IMG/VR virus record: IMGVR_UViG_3300021365_000003
Source of the DNA: a virus
Length of the DNA stretch: 64,000 nt
Strand: one strand, 5' to 3'
In this document: positions 9,693-18,200 of the stretch, piece by piece
How the letters are laid out: every line of letters starts with the position of its first letter
Numbering within the stretch: the first letter of the stretch is position 1
The notes under the pieces: generated by a model
Databases searched by the model: none
Told to the model about the DNA's origin: nothing
What the model saw: only the letters and a program-made list of their open reading frames with translations
Made by a program: the position numbers and the translations under genes

Positions 9693-10643
9693 ATGAAGAT
9701 AGTTATTGTAACCGGATGCCTGGGCCTAATAGGATCGCACGTCACTAGAAAGTGCCTGAGTGAAGGGTGGAAAGTGTTGGGCATTGATAAATGCTCATAT
9801 GCCGCAAACCAAAATTTAATTTATGAGTTTAAAAAGCACAAAAATTTCTCTTTTTTGAAAGAGGATATAGCTTCTTTGAAACACCTACCAGATTGTGATT
9901 ATGTTATCAATCTAGCTGCTGAATCACATGTAGGAAATAGTATTGTCGACAGTAATGATTTTCTTCATTCAAATATTAATGGAGTTAAAAATCTTTTAGA
10001 CTTAATTCGCAATAAACAAAAAAACGTTTTCAACCAGCCGATATTACTACATTTTAGTACCGATGAAGTGTATGGAGACATCGTTGAAGGAGAACATTTT
10101 GAGACAGATACATTGAACCCTAGTAACCCTTACTCGGCATCTAAAGCAGCTGCAGATATGTTGATAAATGCATGGGCGAGAACTTATAACATTAATTATG
10201 TTATTGTAAGACCAACAAACAACTATGGGATAAATCAATACCCGGAAAAATTGATACCAATTTCAGTTAAAGCTTTGCAATTAGGAAAAAGAATAAAACT
10301 TCACAATAAAGGGGAGCCGGTTAGAAATTGGCTTCACGCTGAAGATACTGCCGAAGCCGTGTTAGCAATTATTAATTCTGGCAAAGTAAATGAAATTTAT
10401 AACATTTCAGGTAATTTAGAACAAAAAAACAAAACAACAGTTCAAAAAATAATAAACGCTTACTTTGGCAAGGAATTGCCTATAGAATCTTATGTTGATC
10501 TAGAACACACCAGAGAAGGGCAAGATGTTAGATATTCCTTAAATGATAACAAACTAAGGCAGCTGGGGTGGAGTCCGCAAAAACAGTTCGATGAAGAAAT
10601 AAAAAATATAGTTAATTTTTTTAATATTAACTTTAGATGGTAA
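9693..10643 (+). CDS. rfbB: dTDP-glucose 4,6-dehydratase-like
   Basis: TGCLGLIGS, AAESHV, STDEVYG, PYSASKAA, NNYG..QYPEKLIP, RNWLH. Confidence 0.88.
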   Translation: MKIVIVTGCLGLIGSHVTRKCLSEGWKVLGIDKCSYAANQNLIYEFKKHKNFSFLKEDIASLKHLPDCDYVINLAAESHVGNSIVDSNDFLHSNINGVKNLLDLIRNKQKNVFNQPILLHFSTDEVYGDIVEGEHFETDTLNPSNPYSASKAAADMLINAWARTYNINYVIVRPTNNYGINQYPEKLIPISVKALQLGKRIKLHNKGEPVRNWLHAEDTAEAVLAIINSGKVNEIYNISGNLEQKNKTTVQKIINAYFGKELPIESYVDLEHTREGQDVRYSLNDNKLRQLGWSPQKQFDEEIKNIVNFFNINFRW

Positions 10644-10658
10644 TAAAGGAGAAAACTA

Positions 10659-10862
10659 ATGAAACTATCAAATCAAGCAGCCGGAGCCCTGTTAATGGTT
10701 CTACAAAAATGTCTTTGGGAGCAAGCAGATATTATGCCGCTTCTTAACGATATGGTTTTTGAGATGTCCGATGATGGGCTTGTGGTAACCAATCCGCCTG
10801 TCGTATCCGGAGACCTTTCAGAGCTAGAAGAGGCAGTAGAAGGTGATCTTGAAAGAGAATAG
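10659..10862 (+). CDS. Hypothetical protein
   Basis: Strong AAGGAG RBS; fills the gap between neighbours. Confidence 0.7.
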   Translation: MKLSNQAAGALLMVLQKCLWEQADIMPLLNDMVFEMSDDGLVVTNPPVVSGDLSELEEAVEGDLERE

Positions 10863-11259
10863 AACAGTCGTGGCCAGCGGTTATTTTGATCCGATTCACG
10901 TTGGTCACATTGAGTATTTAGAGATGGCCGCCAAGCTTGGAGATAAGTTGATTGTTATTGTTAATAATGATAATCAGGCAGTACTCAAGAAGGGCACCCC
11001 GTTTATGACCGAGGGAGATAGACTTAAGATCGTCTCCTCTCTCAAGTGTGTCGACGAGGTGTTCCTTTCTATCGATGAGGACCCTACGGTATGTAGGTCT
11101 TTACAAGCCGTTAGCCCCGACATCTTCGCAAAAGGCGGAGATCGCTTTGTAGATGAGATTCCAGAAGCTACAACTTGTAAAGAGATTGGAGCAGAAATAG
11201 TTGATGGACTTGGAATGAAGATCCGTTCATCTTCTGATTACTATAACAAAGAAGAATAA
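10843..11259 (+). CDS. Cytidylyl/adenylyltransferase family protein
   Basis: SGYFDPIHVGH (HIGH-like), KKG..FM, FAKGGDR, SSS. Confidence 0.88.
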   Translation: MILKENRTVVASGYFDPIHVGHIEYLEMAAKLGDKLIVIVNNDNQAVLKKGTPFMTEGDRLKIVSSLKCVDEVFLSIDEDPTVCRSLQAVSPDIFAKGGDRFVDEIPEATTCKEIGAEIVDGLGMKIRSSSDYYNKEE

Positions 11260-11525
11260 TGCCCATTTACGCTTACGAATGTAAAAAATGTGGTTCATCC
11301 TTCAAGGCAATGGTTGGGTCCGACGAAACCCCAACCACTTGCTCAGAAGTGTATGATTGCGCCGATAAAGGCGAAATAACAAAACAATTATCTACTGTTA
11401 GTATCCGAAGAACCGCCGAAGAAACTTCAAAAAAGACCGGCGAACTAACAAAAGATTACATTGAAGAAAACAGAAAAATTCTTCAAGACGAAAAAAATAA
11501 TTTAGCAAATAGGATGTTGGATTGA
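11259..11525 (+). CDS. FmdB-type zinc-ribbon protein
   Basis: MPIYAYECKKCG N-terminus plus a second Cys pair. Confidence 0.75.
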   Translation: MPIYAYECKKCGSSFKAMVGSDETPTTCSEVYDCADKGEITKQLSTVSIRRTAEETSKKTGELTKDYIEENRKILQDEKNNLANRMLD

Positions 11526-11911
11526 TGATTTATGGTATTATAACAGTTTCGGTATTACTTAATGTAATTCTAACTTGGTATGGCCGCCGCCTTGTAACCG
11601 ACCTTTCAGACCTTTCATTAGAAGTCGAGGAAGTGATTACAGACCTCAACATTTATCATCGCCACGTCGAACAAGTATACCAGCTTGAATCCTTTTATGG
11701 AGATGAAACCTTACGTGCCTTGTTAGAGCACTCAAAGGCCGTCTCAGAGAGAGTTGGAGACTTTACAACCCTGTTTAGCAGGTTAGAGGAAGAAGAGCTT
11801 ACAGATGCCCTAGAGGAGCAAATAGATGACAGTGAAGAAGAGAAGGAAGAGCAAGTATCCAAAGAAAAAAAACATGTATTTTACGCAGGTACACGAGGAC
11901 GCAATCCTTGA
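11525..11911 (+). CDS. Hypothetical membrane-anchored acidic protein
   Basis: Hydrophobic N-terminus; TGATG overlap with the upstream stop. Confidence 0.65.
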   Translation: MIYGIITVSVLLNVILTWYGRRLVTDLSDLSLEVEEVITDLNIYHRHVEQVYQLESFYGDETLRALLEHSKAVSERVGDFTTLFSRLEEEELTDALEEQIDDSEEEKEEQVSKEKKHVFYAGTRGRNP

Positions 11912-12530
11912 ATACTGTAAATCAGAATCAAAAGCTAGAAGAGAAGAGCTATACGGCACACTAATCCAACCTGCTTTTGACGAGTTAGTTGATAAGATTG
12001 TTTATACCTATAAGTTTAACTCACTTCCAAATTGCGATATTCTAAAAGAAGATTGTAAAGTCTTTTTGGTTACAATCTTAGAAAAGTTTGATGTTGAAAA
12101 GGGTTATAAAGCCTTTACTTACTTTTCAGTGATCACAAAGAACTGGTTTATTGCCGAGACCAAGAAAAGAAAAAAGAAGCTTCAAAAAGAAGTTGCCTTG
12201 GATGTTTCTGATACAATGATGGATGAAAAGCTTATCGTTCGAAACACTTACATCCAAGATCGCACAAAAGCAGAGTTCATTGAGGTGCTCCACGAAGAAA
12301 TAGTATGGTGGAAGGAAGAAACATCCAGCGCTCAAGATAGAAAAATCTTAGAAGCAGTCGAAGTTTTATTTGAGTCAGTAGAGCAGATTGACATTTTTAA
12401 CAAAAAAGCTGTGTATGTTTACCTGCGGGAGATTACCGGCTTTAGCACAAAGCAAATAACTTCTTCTCTAACAAAAGTAAGAAAAAAATATCGAAATCTA
12501 AGAGCCGAGTGGGACAACGGAGAAATCTAA
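11826..12530 (+). CDS. Phage sigma factor, gp55-like (late transcription)
   Basis: KFDVEKGYKAFTYFSVITKNWF resembles sigma region 2; C-terminal HTH-like LREITGFSTKQITSSL; sits directly before the structural module. Confidence 0.72.
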   Translation: MTVKKRRKSKYPKKKNMYFTQVHEDAILEYCKSESKARREELYGTLIQPAFDELVDKIVYTYKFNSLPNCDILKEDCKVFLVTILEKFDVEKGYKAFTYFSVITKNWFIAETKKRKKKLQKEVALDVSDTMMDEKLIVRNTYIQDRTKAEFIEVLHEEIVWWKEETSSAQDRKILEAVEVLFESVEQIDIFNKKAVYVYLREITGFSTKQITSSLTKVRKKYRNLRAEWDNGEI

Positions 12531-12536
12531 GGCGGA

Positions 12537-12545
12537 ACTATTTAT
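12537..12545 (+). promoter_or_regulatory. ACTATTTAT motif, putative late promoter
   Basis: Intergenic copy starting 27 nt before ATG 12564. Confidence 0.65.
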
Positions 12546-12563
12546 CTTAAGAGGTAGTTTTGT

Positions 12564-14084
12564 ATGGCAAATACACCACGTCGACAAAGACCAGAAAGAT
12601 TTGGGTCTTATAATAATATAAGTCCAAATAACTATTCAAACTCTGAAAAGGTTTTGGATGTAAGAACCGGAATATTAGAACCTTTTTATCAAATGGTTCA
12701 AAGCACCCTGCAAAATTCTTATAGTACCGACACTTTATCAAGTTTCGGGAACCTGTTCAGGGCAAAAGTACTTGGCGTGACAGCCGGCCGCCCAGCCCGC
12801 CATCTATACCCCGGTTTGTATGCCAGTTCGGCAAAAATGCCAGAGGAAATGCCTGAATATTTTATTTTTTCCCTGAGAGATGAATCTGATCAGTTTGCGC
12901 CAGATCCTTCTAATTACGCAAACTCACCCGAGCAACATGTTGATATGATGGGGCTTCAAGGTAATGCAATATCAGAAAAGCCGGTTAGTGAAACAATAGA
13001 GTCTTTTGGTCGTGGTGACATTGTTGAGGTATATAAACCAGAACAAAACTCATGGAACGGCGCCGTAGTTAGAAAAGTTGTCGTAAGAAACAACTTTTCT
13101 GAAGGTGTTGTACGAGGCGGTGGAGCGGCATCTCATTTTGGAACCAATCCGTTGGCCGATGGGTTATTTAGAGTTTTCGGAAGTGCGCTAGGCAGCCCGG
13201 GAGGCTTTTTCACACCCAGACTAGCCACTGCGTCAGACATAGAAGGGCGCCTAGGCACACCAGCAGATTGGGAGGTGTTTAGCCCTGGAGTTGTCTATCC
13301 ACCTGGCTCCACACAGTTAACGGAGTTATTTGTCGAAGCCGCCAGAAGAGAAGAAGGTATGCCTGAGCAATGGGGGCGCCTCCCTGGCCTAGTCGGCTCT
13401 AGAAGAGATATAGATGGCGGCGGGTTGGTTTCACGTGAGTCTGGTGGTGTTGTTGGTCGACTAAACTACAAATTTGAATTTTCACGTGATCCCAGTTTTA
13501 GACTGCCACAACCATGGACGGAAGACATCGACGGAGGCAAGAACCCAGAAAATATAGTAGCCGGAATAAATTGGGTCCAGAACCCCTCGCACCTGCGATC
13601 TGCGTCTCACCCCGAACGGGGTGTTAGACTACCAGACGGAATAAACTCATCAGCTATAGGCCTAGGACAGCTGCTTTCTTCTGTTGGTTATGTTAACATG
13701 CCACTAAATTATGGAGGCTATGGTATACCAATGCAAGAAGCGAGAGGTATGCTAAAATATATTAAAGGGCGATATGGGCACCCTACCGCCGGCTACTCGT
13801 TTCACAACTTTCCTGGCCCAACCGGCGATCGTGTATATTATATTGGAAATGCCGGAAGACACCATAGCGAGGCAGTCAGGGTAGAAAAACGTGACGGGGA
13901 TTATTATCGCACTGATACTGGCGCAGAGGTGGCCAGAGGTGACATCCACTTTACTCTCGACGAAGCTCACAACCGGGTGCGCTACTCTGGTTTCTTTAAA
14001 GAAAGGAGCGCATCAGGCCAAATGATAACATCTGGCTTCGACGAATTCGGCCGACAAGAAGTCAAAGCGCACGAAGGATATTAA
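12564..14084 (+). CDS. Baseplate hub-type protein with C-terminal lytic transglycosylase-like domain
   Basis: N-terminal FRAKVLGV..GDIVEV (OB-like); RESGG, SSAIGLGQLL, YIKGRYG lysozyme-fold motifs. Confidence 0.6.
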   Translation: MANTPRRQRPERFGSYNNISPNNYSNSEKVLDVRTGILEPFYQMVQSTLQNSYSTDTLSSFGNLFRAKVLGVTAGRPARHLYPGLYASSAKMPEEMPEYFIFSLRDESDQFAPDPSNYANSPEQHVDMMGLQGNAISEKPVSETIESFGRGDIVEVYKPEQNSWNGAVVRKVVVRNNFSEGVVRGGGAASHFGTNPLADGLFRVFGSALGSPGGFFTPRLATASDIEGRLGTPADWEVFSPGVVYPPGSTQLTELFVEAARREEGMPEQWGRLPGLVGSRRDIDGGGLVSRESGGVVGRLNYKFEFSRDPSFRLPQPWTEDIDGGKNPENIVAGINWVQNPSHLRSASHPERGVRLPDGINSSAIGLGQLLSSVGYVNMPLNYGGYGIPMQEARGMLKYIKGRYGHPTAGYSFHNFPGPTGDRVYYIGNAGRHHSEAVRVEKRDGDYYRTDTGAEVARGDIHFTLDEAHNRVRYSGFFKERSASGQMITSGFDEFGRQEVKAHEGY

Positions 14085-14375
14085 ATGAAAAACCTAGACG
14101 AAACATTATCAAGCGCCCTAGACAACATTGAGGAAGACAGGGCAACAACAAAAGAACTTCTCCAAGACCTAATGAAATACCTAGGCGCAGCCGAAGAACG
14201 TCACAGAGAAGTTGGCCCTGTTGCTGCTAAATATGTTGAAACTCTACAACGATCCAATGAGCAGTTAGTAAAGGTTGCTGCTTTGATGCAAAAACAAAAA
14301 ACTTCATCTTTTGAGTTCTCGTCATCAGACAAAGATCAGTTATACGACATTATAAACGATAAAGAAGAAGAATAA
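14085..14375 (+). CDS. Hypothetical helical protein
   Basis: 96-aa ORF abutting both neighbours. Confidence 0.7.
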   Translation: MKNLDETLSSALDNIEEDRATTKELLQDLMKYLGAAEERHREVGPVAAKYVETLQRSNEQLVKVAALMQKQKTSSFEFSSSDKDQLYDIINDKEEE

Positions 14376-15277
14376 TGCCAAGAATAGAAAAACTAAATGA
14401 AAACAATGTTGTATCCAAAGAAGCCAACAAACAGATAGAAGAAAAAACTTTTGAAAAGAACAGTACAGGCTCAGGTATTGGATGCGCCGAAAAGTTTGAG
14501 CCCTTACCAGAGTTTATTTCTGCCAAGTGTGAAAAAGTATTCTCAAACGCAAACTCTTTTATTGTTTTAGGAAGGGACCGCCCAAAGGACCGCCTAACCG
14601 GTTACGGCGGCATTGGAGCACCGGGCGCCCATTCTATTGACTTAGTTGTCGGCCGCAGAGCGCCGGGTGCGCCAAAAGACGAAAAGGTTTTTGTCGATCC
14701 TAACTTTATAACAGACGCTGCCAGAGTTTACATTGCCGAGAAGACAGACGTAGATCAAAACTTTAAAATCACCAGCAAGAATTCTCCAAACGCCATTGCT
14801 CGCTCTGCCGTCGCTCTAAAAGCAGACGCTATAAGAATAATAGCAGACGACGCTGGAATAAAGCTTGTAACAAAGGTCAATAACAGAAACTCCAATGGAA
14901 AACTAATCAACCGGTCTCTTGGAGTGGACCTGATAGGTGGGAATGATGACTCGGATCTACAGCCTATGGTAAAAGGAGAGAACTTAGTTGAGTTTCTAAA
15001 CAAACTTATAAAGCAGATCAGCGATACAAACGGTCTTGTAATGGAAATGTCCAAGGCGATGCTTACTTATGAAACCGGCATCTTGTTAGCTCTAGGAGTG
15101 CCGTGGCCAGGAAATGGCACCGTCGCAACCGTCCCCACTGTGCTCAAGTCCCTAGAGGACACAAAGATTATCTTAAAAGGTATCTCACAAAAGATAAGTT
15201 TGACATCAGACACAGTAAACTATTTAACTAGCATTGGCTATAAAGACATACTTTCTAGTTATCATAGAGTAAACTAA
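14375..15277 (+). CDS. Putative baseplate hub/spike-associated protein
   Basis: Beta-rich FIVLGRDR, IDLVVGR, ALKADAIRII; QPMVKGENL resembles spike C-terminal regions; upstream of gp25. Confidence 0.5.
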   Translation: MPRIEKLNENNVVSKEANKQIEEKTFEKNSTGSGIGCAEKFEPLPEFISAKCEKVFSNANSFIVLGRDRPKDRLTGYGGIGAPGAHSIDLVVGRRAPGAPKDEKVFVDPNFITDAARVYIAEKTDVDQNFKITSKNSPNAIARSAVALKADAIRIIADDAGIKLVTKVNNRNSNGKLINRSLGVDLIGGNDDSDLQPMVKGENLVEFLNKLIKQISDTNGLVMEMSKAMLTYETGILLALGVPWPGNGTVATVPTVLKSLEDTKIILKGISQKISLTSDTVNYLTSIGYKDILSSYHRVN

Positions 15278-18200
15278 TGATTTTTGAAGAACTAATACTA
15301 AATAAAGTTAGCGAAATAGAGACGTCCAACCCTGGAGGCTTATCCTCAGTTGCAGCAATCTATGTAGAAACTAGATTCAGCATAAAGAACTCAGGCGGAA
15401 TTGACCTACCTTCTTTGAGGACCAACCTAAAAACAGAAGCTATTAACATTTTCTCCTTATATTATGCAAACCTTGGAAAGGGTGCGGCCTTCTTTACAAA
15501 CAATACAGTTGACGGAACTGCAATAACGTCAGAGGGGGATAGGATCACACTAGAAAGGGTTGAATTTATAAACCTAGGCGAAGAAGAATGTGAAGATGTT
15601 GTATTTAAAAAGGTTTTCTTCATACCACTAGACTTACTGAAGCCCCCTGCCGGCACAGGCTCTGCTGGTGAAGACCCTATTTTATACCCCAGCGAAGATT
15701 TACCGACAATTGCAAGAATAAAGATCTGCAACTATAGAGACTTTAAAAAGAAAGTTAGGTTCATACAAACGTTTATGAAGATCAACTTCCTAGCGTTACA
15801 AAGGCCAACAAGCCGTAGCATAGTAAAAGGAATCAACTTTAGAAAGTTCTCAACTAAAAAGAAGCAGCTAACCAAGCTTGCAAGCTTCCTAGACACTGTT
15901 ATCCCAAACAAGCCAAACAAAGATGGTGAAAGCATAACCATACACTTTGCAGACAACTTTCAGACCATATCCAAGATCGAGTATGTAAACGAAAAAGTAA
16001 GTAACGAAATACAATTAGTTTTTCGTCAATCAGCTGAAGAGTTTGAGACTAGGAAATACAAAGCCCTCAATGACGCTCGGGCAAACTTTTATCTTTATAA
16101 CTTTGAATCAATTTATCCAGACCTATTTGCGACAACATTCAGAGGGCTGAACATAAAGTTTGACAACCTGGTAAGAAGAAACTTTATAGCGCCCAATGTA
16201 GAAATCGTACAAAATGATTGTTTGGCTGCTGCTAACTCCCGCCAAAACGTATCCGCTGCTGACATTACAGCAAGGATTAGACAAAGTTTATCAGACGTGC
16301 CCACGAAAGAAGCCAGATCTCTACTGAAGGACAACCCCTTCAAAACCGCCGAGGACCTTATAGACGAAAGCGGATTCCTAGAAAATAGTGATATTAGGGA
16401 CGCTATGAAGCAAACTCTGAGAAAAGAGTTTCTTGTTGGGGGAAGTTCAATAAAGGACGAGGTGACAGACTTCTTCGAACAACTTCAGAAGGCTGGCAAT
16501 TTTATTAGTAGCGATCAGGACTCAAAAAAACTCTCAAAGTTTGGCCAGTTTGCAAACTCTATAGAATGGCAGCAAATTTTAGCAATTGCATTAGCGAGCA
16601 CAGCCTCAAGATATGGTATCGACGAAATCTTAGATGATAGTTTTGTCAAGAAAATAATGGCTGAACGCATTTCTAAGTTTTTCAATGATCCAAGAACTAT
16701 AAACACTTTAATGTCAGGGCTTCCACCCGCTGCCCTGCAAAGAGCTGCTTTATTTTTTGCGAGTATCGACTTGGCCAACTCGGTAGGTGGTGGATTCTCC
16801 ATAGAGGAAAGAAGACTACGAAGACTGAACACCTTGCTTGATGAGCGTGCAGGTCTAGTGGAAGAAGAGCGACAAATAATACAAGAAGGAACAGCAGAAG
16901 AAATAGCAGAAATCCGTAACCGTCGAGATGAGTTAGAAGCTAGGATCGAGATAGCAAAAGAAAGGTTGAATGGGCCAGCTGGTTTAGCCGGCCTATCAGC
17001 CGATATCGAAGCCGAACAAGAGGAAGAAAATAAAGATGATATATATATCGACGAGTTACAGAGTGTATTAGAAACACTTGAAGGCATCGGAGATCTATCA
17101 ACCGTTGAGATGCCAGAGTCAGAAGGGTCTTTCCTCGCAAGGCAATTTCTTGGCACCGATCTAGATGAGACAGCTAATCTCGAAGACATTGAAGCTGAAG
17201 AAGAGCCCGGCGCTGGTAATTCACGTGAACCCCAAGCCGGACTTGAACTGAATTCTACAAAAAAAGAAAAGAGAACAAGACTAGTCAACATAGCAAGGGG
17301 CACCGATTTTACACCCGAAATGAAAAACGAACTAATCGATTTAATTATTGGTTTGTCAAACTGCGATCGTCAAAACAATGCTGAGGTCTATACAGAGTTT
17401 ATAATGTTCTTAGTTGACGAACTAGGTGCGCCCATCTTGGAATACTTTGATGAGTGGTCTGAGTGGCTAAATGCTTGGGACGTGAAAAATTTAGACTTCT
17501 GTAACCTACCAGATCTAAATTTACCAGACTTTAAGTTATTTCCTTTAAACATTAGATTACCAGAAATATCAATGCCTGACATTTTTGGTTTCATTTTAGG
17601 CTCAGTTTTATCAATTCTGTATGCTCTCTTGTTAAGGTTGATAAATGCACTGGTTCAGTTCTTATTATCACTGATACCTGACTTTATTTTTGATTTTGAG
17701 CCCTGCGAGTTTGCAAACGCCCTGCGTGATTTTGGCCAAACTCTTGCCGGTGCTATTTGTGCTGGTCTAGATGGTGTCGACCTGCCTTCTGTCGCTGCCT
17801 GTAGCGTCCTAACACCGAGAATAGGCAACCAAAGAAACAATCGTGACTTGCTCAACTTTTTTAAAGATGCTTGCGGAAAAGGCATTTTACCTGGACCCGA
17901 TCTAGCACGCCTGCTTGATGGCGATGCCAGTGAGGGCACCTTCCAAAGAGCAGACGTCTATTTCAGAGCAATCAATTCCGATTTAGCATCAGAAATAAGG
18001 CTAAACCCAAGTATCCTTTCAGATGCTGGCTCAGCAATGGGTAGTATCATTGGCATAGGCGACTTGCTTGACACACTAGATGGCTTCTCACCCCAACTAC
18101 CGGGCCTGAGCGCAAACGGCTTTGTAAACAACTTAGACTTATGTTCAGATCCTAGTATTTCTGACTTGATTGATCAACTGTGCACAGAACCAAATCCAGC

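Noticed and set aside
14085-14375. Small terminase assignment for the 96-aa helical protein
   Set aside because: Only size and helical character fit; there is no specific motif and it is far from terL
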